Assembly: GCA_036522115.1 (NCBI GenBank) | Contig: DATDGL010000059.1 | Coordinates: 7,896 to 71,895 of the forward strand | DNA: 64,000 bases | Source: Candidatus Angelobacter sp. | Lineage (GTDB): Bacteria > Acidobacteriota > Terriglobia > Terriglobales > Acidobacteriaceae | Direction: 5' to 3' | Shown here: in pieces, positions 1 through 7,577 of the stretch | How positions within the stretch are numbered: position 1 is the stretch's first letter | Layout of the letters: every line of letters starts with the position of its first letter | Program-made: the position numbers and the translations under genes | The notes under the pieces: model-generated | What the model saw: the letters and a program-made list of their open reading frames with translations, nothing else | Told to the model about the DNA's origin: nothing | Database searches by the model: none

Positions 1-1490
1 GCCATACCGCACTCCTCGCCGCAGCCCTCAGAGGGTATGCGGAGTTTTGCTCGCCGATCTTGGCTCACCTTAACTTTCAGGCAGATAGACGCCGAAATGG
101 GCTTGGGCTTATCTGCGCAGCCGCTTTGGGGGACCTGGAACTCGTCGACCGGCTTGTGGCTAAGATTTCACCAGATTTTACTTCGGAAGACGGCTGGCGG
201 CCGCTTTCAGCGGCCGCCCTTAGGGGCCAGTCTGAGACAGTTAGCCGACTCCTGGAAGCTGGTGCCAACGTAAATTGGAGAGCTGGAGTACCCACAGCAA
301 TGTGCTGCGCCGCCGGTCAGGACGATATCGAGATCGTCCGCCGGTTGCTAGCCTCGAACGCCGATCCCAATGCGCCTGCCACCAAAGGAAGCGTGCCGAT
401 GCACTTTGCTGCAGCGTCCGGCAATGGCGATGTACTACGGGAACTCATCAGTGCCGGTGCGTTTGTCGATGCGCGTGACCAAGACGGCGTAACGGCGCTT
501 CATATCGCCGCTTGGGCGAACAACGATGCTGTCGCCAAGACTCTTATTCAGGCGGGCGCAAATATCGAGGCGCTGGACAAGAAAGGAAATGCGCCACTCC
601 ACTTGGCTGTTGCCGAGGAGTCCTGGGGTGTTGTCCGCATGCTCTTGAGCGCAGGCGCCCAGGACAAATTGCTGAATGCCGAGGGTCGCCATGCAATCGA
701 GTGCGTAAGTGACGGGTCGCTCGAAACGGCCAGGGCACTCTTTAGCGAGATGGGTCGTGATCCCGGTCCCGCACGGCCAGCCCGCCGGGCCACTGGTCTC
801 GCTCGATTCCTGGACTGGAGAATGCCCACAAAATCAGAGTGTGATTTATTGGCCAAGTTCCCAAAGATCGCCGAGATCGTGCGAAAAGCCGGGGAGGATA
901 TTCTATGTGCAGATTTGGCATTCCTCGACCAAACCATCATCTTCGCAGCAGGAGACCCTAGCCGACGTGAACCGCCAAATCAACGGTTCTGGTTGTGCTC
1001 TAGCTCCCGAGGTGAAATATGCCAGATGGACTGGACGAACGAGCCGATTTACGCTGCCAATGAGAGGTTCGATTTCAAGATTACGACAGACACGCCCGTC
1101 GAACTGATCCGTCAATATGCTATTTTCTTTTTCTTCTTCGTGCGTGGAGAGCTTGGGAGATTCACTATTGTCGAAAAGCGAACGCCTGTTCCGTGGCGAT
1201 CGGTTCCGCCCCCAGAGGATCAAGAGAACGAAGTCGCCAATCAACTCATTGATATTGGGTTCACACATGAGCAGATCCCGAACACAGTGACAATAACCGC
1301 GACGGTATTGTTTAAGAACGCCCTCTTCAAGACTAATGTGTTGTTCTCTCTGCGTAAGCAAGATCTAAAGATCGGATCCGATGAAGAACCTGAGTACTTT
1401 ACGATTGGGCAAGCCAAACTTTTCGGTGAAGAGCTCCTCTCCGAATACCTGGACGTATATATTGATCCCTCGCCCGGTGAGTTCGGCTGA
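1..1490 (+). CDS. Ankyrin-repeat protein with unrecognised C-terminal domain (5' end probably outside window)
   Basis: ORF 60..1490. The same frame stays open back to nt 3 and still reads like an ANK repeat (HTALLAAALRGYAEF...). Several ANK units are present, e.g. GWRPLSAAALRGQSETVSRLLEAGANVN and TALHIAAWANNDAVAKTLIQAGANIEALDKKGNAPLHLA. The last ~230 aa match no family I recognise. Confidence 0.75.
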   Translation, partial: HTALLAAALRGYAEFCSPILAHLNFQADRRRNGLGLICAAALGDLELVDRLVAKISPDFTSEDGWRPLSAAALRGQSETVSRLLEAGANVNWRAGVPTAMCCAAGQDDIEIVRRLLASNADPNAPATKGSVPMHFAAASGNGDVLRELISAGAFVDARDQDGVTALHIAAWANNDAVAKTLIQAGANIEALDKKGNAPLHLAVAEESWGVVRMLLSAGAQDKLLNAEGRHAIECVSDGSLETARALFSEMGRDPGPARPARRATGLARFLDWRMPTKSECDLLAKFPKIAEIVRKAGEDILCADLAFLDQTIIFAAGDPSRREPPNQRFWLCSSSRGEICQMDWTNEPIYAANERFDFKITTDTPVELIRQYAIFFFFFVRGELGRFTIVEKRTPVPWRSVPPPEDQENEVANQLIDIGFTHEQIPNTVTITATVLFKNALFKTNVLFSLRKQDLKIGSDEEPEYFTIGQAKLFGEELLSEYLDVYIDPSPGEFG

Positions 1491-2132
1491 AGGATAGATT
1501 CGCTAGCTATGCAGAGGCTCGGTGTTTTGGGTCGAGCTTAAGGCGAAGGCTGGTTAAAGACTAGCAGTCTGTTCTCTACAACAACGATGTGGTGTGTAAA
1601 ACGCATGTTTGCGTGTCTCAGACTTCGTTTGCATGTGAACAAAATCTGTCAGACCCTTGATTGTTGGTTCATTTTGTCGTCAGGCATCCACGCCAACCTT
1701 TGAAGCTGAGGCGCTAACTCGACGCTAGGGATTCAATAGAATGCTTAGGGGGTGAGTTGGTGGGATTGCTAATGGCCCGTTCAACAGGCGAGCGGCACGT
1801 GACCGTTGTGCCGCCCATGAACAACCTTCCGGTTGGCTCATAAGTTGGCTCCCCGGGGCAAAAGATGCTCGAATAAAGATCACGCTAAGTCGATGCATGG
1901 ATGCCGATCGATATCCAGCGATGAAAGCGAGGGCCGAAAGAGGTGGCTGAAATACATCGGCAACCCCTTTTCTATGAATGAGATATACCTGTTTCAGGAC
2001 GCGACAGCAGCACCGTGGCCAGCGGGAACCCCTGAGTGTAATTTAGTCCAAAACCGTCCCTGGCCACCATTCATTTCGACTCTTCGTCTCTTGATTTCAA
2101 CCGTTCACCGTATTGATCTCACGTTTACACTT

Positions 2133-2159
2133 AGTACCCATTTCAGGTACTATCGTACC
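2133..2159. promoter_or_regulatory. Candidate operator: AGTACC-N7-GGTACT plus a third GTACC half-site, directly upstream of the wHTH-NTase gene
   Basis: AGTACC at 2133-2138, its perfect inverted partner GGTACT at 2146-2151, and GTACC at 2155-2159. The site ends 4 nt before the ATG at 2164. Confidence 0.3.
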
Positions 2160-2163
2160 TAAT

Positions 2164-2775
2164 ATGAGTTCAGGCGCAGTCCGCTCCGCAGGCCCCAGTC
2201 TATTCGGCCAGACGCGTGGCGCACTGTTGGCTCTGCTTTACGGTCATATTGACCAATCTTTCTATCTGCGCCAGCTTGTCCGGGAAGTTGGCGCCGGACA
2301 TGGCGCGCTTCAGAGGGAACTTAAACACCTGACGGATTTGGGCTTGCTAGTTCGCAGAATGCAGGGCAATCAGGTTCTCTACCAGGCAAATTCTCAGAGC
2401 CCGATCTTTCCTGAAATTAGGAGTCTGATCGCGAAGACCGTGGGTGTGCATGATGCCATTCGTTCGGTTTTAGCGCGCCTGGGTTCAGAAATTCAGATTG
2501 CTTTTATCTACGGCTCGGTGGCCCGTCAAATGGAGAGGGCAAACAGCGATGTGGATTTGATGGTCCTGGGGAACGTATCCTTTGGCGACGTCGTCACATC
2601 TCTTGCAACAGCACAGAAAAACATCGCCAGAGAAATCAACCCAGCAGTTTCTTCACTACCCGAATTTCAGTCAAAATTGAAGTCAGGAAACCATTTCATC
2701 CTCAATGTTATGAAGGAAAAGAAGCTCTTCGTCGTAGGAACCGAGCATGACCTTGCACAATTGGTTTCAAAATAG
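2164..2775 (+). CDS. Winged-HTH + nucleotidyltransferase-domain protein (MNT-type partner of a HEPN protein)
   Basis: ORF 2113..2775; the first ATG is at 2164. The N-terminus is ArsR-like (LRQLVREVGAGHGALQRELKHLTDLGLLV). The NTase signature is IYGSVARQMERANSDVDLMVLG (GS...D.D). Confidence 0.7.
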   Translation: MSSGAVRSAGPSLFGQTRGALLALLYGHIDQSFYLRQLVREVGAGHGALQRELKHLTDLGLLVRRMQGNQVLYQANSQSPIFPEIRSLIAKTVGVHDAIRSVLARLGSEIQIAFIYGSVARQMERANSDVDLMVLGNVSFGDVVTSLATAQKNIAREINPAVSSLPEFQSKLKSGNHFILNVMKEKKLFVVGTEHDLAQLVSK

Positions 2776-3196
2776 TTGGCTCGTCCAGCACACGACTGGC
2801 GCACAGGAGATTGCCAATCTCTTGGAGCTTTCAGATCGCGATTTAAGAGCATGCCAATTACCGGGGCTTCCTGCCGACTGGCGATTTTCCATCGCCTACA
2901 ATGCAGCCCTGCAAGCAGCAACTGCTGCCCTGGCCGCTGCAGGTTACCGAGCGGCACGGGACAATCATCATTATCGAATAATCCAATCTCTGGAGTTCAC
3001 GACAGATCCAGGCGAAAAAGTGATTGATACTTTTGACGGTTTTCGCAAAAAGCGTAACATCAGCAGCTATGATCTTGCAGGGTCCGTCTCCGATAAGGAG
3101 GCGGCCGAGATGCTCAAACTCGCCAGGGGCCTTCGTGCCGACGTGCAAAAGTGGATCCGAACGACTCGCCCGGAACTGCTCAAGTCCAAACCATAG
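2747..3196 (+). CDS. HEPN-like domain protein, putative toxin partner of the upstream NTase
   Basis: Overlaps the NTase gene by 29 nt. AGGA lies 8 nt before the ATG. The protein is helical with an FRKKRNISSYD motif (R-x2-RN-x3-Y type HEPN-like signature). The family assignment is tentative. Confidence 0.5.
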   Translation: MTLHNWFQNSWLVQHTTGAQEIANLLELSDRDLRACQLPGLPADWRFSIAYNAALQAATAALAAAGYRAARDNHHYRIIQSLEFTTDPGEKVIDTFDGFRKKRNISSYDLAGSVSDKEAAEMLKLARGLRADVQKWIRTTRPELLKSKP

Positions 3197-3254
3197 GGGC
3201 AGATAGATTCTACTGACATAATCGGCGAAGTGCGAGTCATGACATAGAAGCGAG

Positions 3255-3287
3255 ACGAAGCAGGTTCGATTCCTGCATCCTGCACCA
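3255..3287 (+). other. Orphan tRNA 3'-end fragment (T-arm GCAGG-TTCGATT-CCTGC, acceptor 3' strand, ACCA)
   Basis: GCAGGTTCGATTCCTGCATCCTGCACCA ends at 3287. No matching 5' acceptor strand, D-arm or anticodon arm could be folded from the ~90 nt upstream. Confidence 0.6.
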
Positions 3288-3297
3288 ATTTTCGTTT

Positions 3298-4326
3298 ATG
3301 CTGACAGGAGCAAATGTGGGCCTTCCCGCAAAGTTAGCCGAGGGGTTAGTCCTTCCGGTGGTTGGGGCGCCGATGTTCATCGTCTCGACGCCGGACTTGG
3401 TAATCGCGCAGTGCAAAGCAGGGATCGTCGGCAGCTTCCCTTCCCTGAACGCTCGTCCTGCCGAAGAATTGGAAGTCTGGCTCAAGCGTATTGGGGACGA
3501 GCTTGCCGCGCACGGCCGCGAGCTTTCCAGTGGCGGTCCTCGAATAAGCGGCAATCGCTCCACCCCTTTCGCGGTCAACTTGATCGTGCATAAATCCAAC
3601 GATCGGCTGCAATACGACCTGGATCTGTGTGTTCAGTACCACGTGCCCATCATCATTACCTCTTTAGGAGCGCGCGAGGATGTGAACCGGGCAGTGCATG
3701 CCTACGGTGGAATCGTGCTCCACGACGTGATTAATAATGTCTTTGCCCGCAAAGCCATCGACAAAGGCGCCGACGGCCTGATTGCTGTCGCTGCCGGAGC
3801 CGGGGGCCACGCAGGAACCACCTCGCCATTTGCCCTGGTGGAAGAGATTCGTGAATGGTTCACCGGTCCGCTGGCGCTTTCCGGGGCTATCGCCACCGGC
3901 CGCGGCGTTGCCGCCGCGCTCGCCCTCGGGGCCGATCTGGCTTACGTAGGTTCGGCCTTCATTGCCACCCGCGAAGCCAATGCTCCCGAAGGCTATAAGC
4001 AGATGATCGTAGACTCCACGGCTGCGGACATTGTTTACAGCAACTACTTTTCCGGAGTGTACGGCAATTATCTGAAGCCTTCCATTCAGAACGCCGGCTT
4101 TGATCCTGAGAATCTCCCCCAGGCCGGTCCCGCCAAGATGAATTTTGCCAACACCGATGGCAAAGTAAAGGCTTGGCGCGACATCTGGAGTGCCGGCCAG
4201 GGCGTGGGCGCGGTGAAGGCCGTCGTCAGTGTGGCGGAATTGGTAGCGCGGCTCAAACGTGAATACCAGGAAGTTCTGGAAACTAACAGCAAAACCTTTC
4301 ACCCCAGCGCGCCAAGCCGCACATAA
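3298..4326 (+). CDS. Nitronate monooxygenase / NAD(P)H-dependent flavin oxidoreductase (NMO family)
   Basis: 342 aa with typical NMO blocks: PVVGAPMFIVSTPDLVIAQCKAGIVGSFP, GADGLIAVAAGAGGHAG, GADLAYVGSAFIATREA. Confidence 0.9.
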   Translation: MLTGANVGLPAKLAEGLVLPVVGAPMFIVSTPDLVIAQCKAGIVGSFPSLNARPAEELEVWLKRIGDELAAHGRELSSGGPRISGNRSTPFAVNLIVHKSNDRLQYDLDLCVQYHVPIIITSLGAREDVNRAVHAYGGIVLHDVINNVFARKAIDKGADGLIAVAAGAGGHAGTTSPFALVEEIREWFTGPLALSGAIATGRGVAAALALGADLAYVGSAFIATREANAPEGYKQMIVDSTAADIVYSNYFSGVYGNYLKPSIQNAGFDPENLPQAGPAKMNFANTDGKVKAWRDIWSAGQGVGAVKAVVSVAELVARLKREYQEVLETNSKTFHPSAPSRT

Positions 4327-4332
4327 AACCAC

Positions 4333-4393
4333 GAGCAGGATCGCAGCCGCCGGGGTCCCCAGCGCACGCCGCTTTTGCGTGTGATGGGGTGGA
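4333..4393 (+). repeat. Solitary copy of the 'B' hairpin module that also occurs in the 5986-6660 array
   Basis: gcaggatcgcagccgccggggtCCCCAGCGCACGCcgcttttGCGTGTGATGGGGtgga. The 13-position stem (12 pairs) spans 4357-4369 and 4377-4389. Near-identical sequence occurs at ~6059-6106 and ~6303-6349. Confidence 0.8.
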
Positions 4394-4548
4394 CGCTTGG
4401 GCTGATAGCCATGACCCTGATGTCCCGGTCCTCTCTGACGAAGCCATGAGCCGACAGAGCATCTATCCAAACCTGGCATAAGGCTCTTCTCGCTCCTTCA
4501 TACCAGCCATACTTCTCCGATTGCGTTTACTCTCAATTGCGCATCGGC

Positions 4549-4974
4549 TTATATTGTGTTCCAAGGATTAATCACTGACACGCCAGCCTTGTCATAGTCC
4601 CTTCGATCACGCGTAACGACCGTAAGGCCATATTGAATGGCCGTTGCGGCAATGAGAATTTCTGGTTGAGAGTATGTGTGTCCAACTTTTCGTCCTTGTT
4701 CGACAAGAGTTCGCCATTTCAGCAGAATGTCCTCTGTCACTTGGAGAATTCGCTGGCTAAACATCGGACGAATATCATTTGTCAGCCAATGATTCAGGTC
4801 CGCACGTTGGGCGGGGTCACTGACTTGATCAATGCCAAAGCGAATCTCAGCGAGGGTTACTGAACTGATATAAGCTTGGCCGAGGGGAAGTGAGGAAATA
4901 AAAGCCACAACCCGTGCTTCGGGTCTTGGCTTTTTCAGCTCTGACAAAACATTGGTGTCGAGTAACCACGTCAT
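4549..4974 (-). CDS. vapC: PIN-domain toxin VapC
   Basis: 141 aa with LLDTNVLSE, TLAEIRFG, EILIAATA and VVTRDRRDY (PIN acidic residues). The start overlaps the upstream antitoxin stop (TAATG). Confidence 0.9.
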   Translation of the reverse strand: MTWLLDTNVLSELKKPRPEARVVAFISSLPLGQAYISSVTLAEIRFGIDQVSDPAQRADLNHWLTNDIRPMFSQRILQVTEDILLKWRTLVEQGRKVGHTYSQPEILIAATAIQYGLTVVTRDRRDYDKAGVSVINPWNTI

Positions 4975-5213
4975 TAGAACGTGACATCACGCGTCGGCAT
5001 CGTGATTTTTTTAGGCTCCAAGTCAATATCCTTGTAAGGACAAGCCTGCATGGCGGCTACAAGGTCCGCCCCTGTGCGGGTTTCTTTTGTCGCTGGAACC
5101 GCCGAACCCCGGAGGGCTTGCATGAGCACGTCTTCAACATCCTCGAATGCCCCGCTCCGCAGTCGCTCATTAATGAGGGCTTCAAGCTCTGGTCTGTGGA
5201 TTTCTATTGTCAT
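4974..5213 (-). CDS. Type II antitoxin (VapB position)
   Basis: 79 aa with a GGAGG SD. It lies immediately upstream of the PIN gene and overlaps it by 1 nt. The assignment rests on position and size. Confidence 0.65.
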   Translation of the reverse strand: MTIEIHRPELEALINERLRSGAFEDVEDVLMQALRGSAVPATKETRTGADLVAAMQACPYKDIDLEPKKITMPTRDVTF

Positions 5214-5628
5214 TTTGTGACCTCCGCTTGACTAATTTCGCCTCAGCTAAGACTACTGAAAACATCCACAAGAAGCAATCGTGAGAAATTCACGGCCCGA
5301 ATGGGATGTTCTCCTGCCTCTTATATAGAGAGGACAGTAGGAAGAAAAATTCTTCGATGCTGAGAATCTTATAATTGTAATTGGCTCAGTAAAGGCTTTC
5401 ACGTGAGAAGGCTGCGTCGGGTGTAATTAAAAGTGAGAGTCACTATTTGCGAAGGGCCCCCCAACATGGTTCGTCATCCCGACGGTTTACCCACGCGCCA
5501 GCGGGGGTAAAGCGGAGGGACCTTGCGTTCAGCCGTTAACTCAAAAGCTTCCGAAGTGAACAGTATTGCGGCTAAATGGCTTTGCTTTTGGTGTGGATTT
5601 TCCTCTTGCCTATGGCCTGTTCCCTGGC

Positions 5629-5985
5629 CTACAGCTTAATTCTTTTCATCTTGAGCACTTTCATGCAGGCGGCAATGACCTGCCCGGTGTCGTAGCCGTA
5701 TTTCAACTCGGAAAGCTCGCGGATCAATTCATAAGTGCGCTTGCGCAGACGCATGCTTACCCGCACCACTTCCCTGTCTTTCGTCTGCGGTTCGGGCGCA
5801 GGAGGGTCTTCCATGCGGATGAGCATCTCCGTGGCTACCTGCAAGGCCCGGCCCTGTGAGCCGTAGGTCGGCACAGATTTCTTGATGGCCTTGGCCGTGT
5901 CCACGCTGATGGTGTACTTGGTGATGACAACGTCGGCAGAGTCACCGCCTTTGCCGATGCCCTTCTTTTGCTTCCAATCGCGCAT
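5629..5985 (-). CDS. Hypothetical protein (118 aa)
   Basis: The track ORF 5629..6180 runs into the repeat array, so I take Met66 (ATG at 5985, MRDWKQKK...) as the start. No recognisable family. Confidence 0.4.
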   Translation of the reverse strand: MRDWKQKKGIGKGGDSADVVITKYTISVDTAKAIKKSVPTYGSQGRALQVATEMLIRMEDPPAPEPQTKDREVVRVSMRLRKRTYELIRELSELKYGYDTGQVIAACMKVLKMKRIKL

Positions 5986-6660
5986 GGTGTCAGGGGATGT
6001 TGGGCATTGTGTGTACAGCGCGGCTGCGCCGCAAGAAAACAAATTCAGGACCGCAGCCCCCGGGGTCCCCAGCGCACGCCGCTTTTGCGTGTGATGGGGT
6101 GGAGGCGCCCTCGGCTGCGTCTTGTTTCGAGCAGGACCGCAGCCGCCCTCGGCTGCGTCTTGTTTTGAGAATGTTGCCACAGCATCGTAGACAGGTCAAC
6201 CGTCGCAACCCGCACTCCTGGCTCTCCACGAGGTGTCAGGGGATGTTGGGCATTGTGTGTACAGCGCGGCTGCACCGCAACACAACAAATTCAGGACCGC
6301 AGCCCCGGGGTCCCCAGCGCACGCCGCTTTTGCGTGTGATGGGGTGGAGGCCGCCCTCGGCTGCGTCTTGTTTCGAGCAGGACCGCAGCCGCCCTCGGCT
6401 GCGTCTTGTTTTGAGCAGGACCGCAGCCGCCCTCGGCTGCGTCTTTCGAGAATGTTGCCACAGCATCGTAGACAGGTCAACCGTCGCAAACCGCACTCCT
6501 GGCTCTCCACGAGGTGTCAGGGGATGTTGGGCATTGTGTGTACCGCGCGGCTGCGCCGCAACACAACAAATTCAGGACCGCAGCCGCCCTCGGCTGCGTC
6601 TTGTTTTGAGAATGTTGCCACAGCATCGTGGACAGGTCAACCCTCGCAAACCGCTGCACA
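5986..6660 (+). repeat. Composite tandem repeat, ~2.7 units of 246-281 bp, each ending in 1-3 terminator-like hairpins
   Basis: Unit starts (GGTGTCAGGGGATGTTGGGCATTGTGTGTAC) are at 5986, 6232 and 6513. The hairpin module CGCAGCCG-CCCT-CGGCTGCG plus TCTTGTTTTG occurs intact at e.g. 6138-6167. The long ORFs here (5997..6770, 6233..6676 etc.) are repeat artefacts. Confidence 0.9.
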
Positions 6661-6771
6661 ATCCCGTGTGCATTAAGCTGATTTCACCAGCGTCCCCCGG
6701 GAAAACCGCTATCCTCTTTGACGTGAATGGATTGGGTGTTGCTAACACCATTCCACGAAGGGAGAAATGAA

Positions 6772-6897
6772 ATGCAAAGGATCATCATCAGGATAGCTGT
6801 GGCTCTGCTGTTATTGGTGGCCGGCGGTTCCACGGCGGTGGTCGAGGATACGTGCCCCGTACCGCTCTGCTACCCAAACCCCTGCACTGGCAATTGA
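6772..6897 (+). CDS. Small hydrophobic-leader / Cys-loop peptide, tandem copy 1 (41 aa)
   Basis: MQRIIIRIAVALLLLVAGGSTAVVEDTCPVPLCYPNPCTGN. The SD GAAGGGAGA sits 6-7 nt upstream of the ATG. Below the 60-aa cut-off of the ORF track. Confidence 0.5.
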   Translation: MQRIIIRIAVALLLLVAGGSTAVVEDTCPVPLCYPNPCTGN

Positions 6898-6958
6898 CTT
6901 TCTCTGACATGAACTGCTTGCACGTCTGAATACAAATTTTTATGAAGGGAGAAATGAA

Positions 6959-7084
6959 ATGCAAAGGATCATCATCAGGATAGCTGTGGCTCTGCTGTTA
7001 TTGGTGGCCGGTGGTTCGACGCCGGTGGTCGCGGACGGCTTTCCCGTGCCTCTCTGCTACCCCAACCCCTGCACTGGCAATTGA
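6959..7084 (+). CDS. Small hydrophobic-leader / Cys-loop peptide, tandem copy 2 (41 aa)
   Basis: MQRIIIRIAVALLLLVAGGSTPVVADGFPVPLCYPNPCTGN, with the same SD. It starts exactly 187 nt after copy 1. Confidence 0.5.
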   Translation: MQRIIIRIAVALLLLVAGGSTPVVADGFPVPLCYPNPCTGN

Positions 7085-7145
7085 CTTTCTCTGGCATGAA
7101 CTGCTTGCACGTTTGAATACAAATTTTTATGAAGGGAGAAATGAA

Positions 7146-7247
7146 ATGCAAAGGATCATCATCAGGATAGCTGTGGCCCTGCTGTTATCGGTGGCTGGCG
7201 GTTCCACGCCAGCCGGACGACTGGGAGCGCATTCCCCCACCCGTTGA
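7146..7247 (+). CDS. Small peptide, tandem copy 3 with divergent C-terminus (33 aa)
   Basis: MQRIIIRIAVALLLSVAGGSTPAGRLGAHSPTR. It starts exactly 187 nt after copy 2 with the same SD and leader. The Cys-loop part is lost at the end of the array. Confidence 0.35.
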   Translation: MQRIIIRIAVALLLSVAGGSTPAGRLGAHSPTR

Positions 7248-7577
7248 CGAGGGGTATTGCCTACTTGGCAAGCGTTCGTGGTGCCGACGTGATAGCCAAC
7301 AAATTATCAACGTGAGTGCTCAGTTCCACCACCATCTGATAATCGCGAACAGTAGATTCCCCAAATCTGTTAAGCACCCCTGCGTTGCGGCCTGGTCCCG
7401 CTTGCTTTTGTGGTGGCCCGAATGGTCGTTGCATTCTATTTTCCTTTCCCAAATTGGCTTACTGAGCACATCCTAAACTAAGACAAGGTGTAACAAATTT
7501 GTAGCTGTCCAAAACCTCTGGGAATCTAAGGTTTCAATATGTCGGTGGCGCTGTCACCGGCGGCAAGGCGGATGTAT

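Noticed and set aside
1833-2162. A 109-aa ORF in the noncoding stretch upstream of the NTase gene.
   Set aside because: It has no SD, a non-ATG start and no recognisable motif. The region also looks compositionally noncoding.
3196-3287. A possible complete class II tRNA or the 3' end of a tmRNA, because the stretch starts with GGGGC/GCAG and ends with a T-arm plus ACCA.
   Set aside because: Only 4 of 7 acceptor pairs can form (GCAGATA versus ATCCTGC). There is no D-arm GG or a foldable anticodon arm. A tmRNA would have to overlap the HEPN-like CDS. I kept it only as a tRNA 3' fragment.
3664-4479. Large antisense or out-of-frame ORFs opposite well-supported genes (e.g. 3664..4479, 10442..11116, 26938..27603, 30953..31801, 39603..40097, 47511..48389, 57454..58059, 21826..22464).
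   Set aside because: Each overlaps a CDS with clear family signatures. Their products are R/A/G/P-rich, as is typical of GC-rich shadow frames.
5997-6770. Long ORFs across the repeat array (5997..6770, 6233..6676, 6196..6510, 6236..6496 and others).
   Set aside because: They translate the same tandem DNA repeats in several frames and on both strands. They are low-complexity R/A/P-rich and have no SD or family resemblance.
7261-7434. A 57-aa minus-strand ORF downstream of the PIN gene (MQRPFGPPQKQ...VRDYQMVVELSTHVDNLLAITS) with an AAGGAAAA SD-like tract.
   Set aside because: There is no recognisable family, and it could be a chance ORF in the spacer between the peptide array and the TA module.
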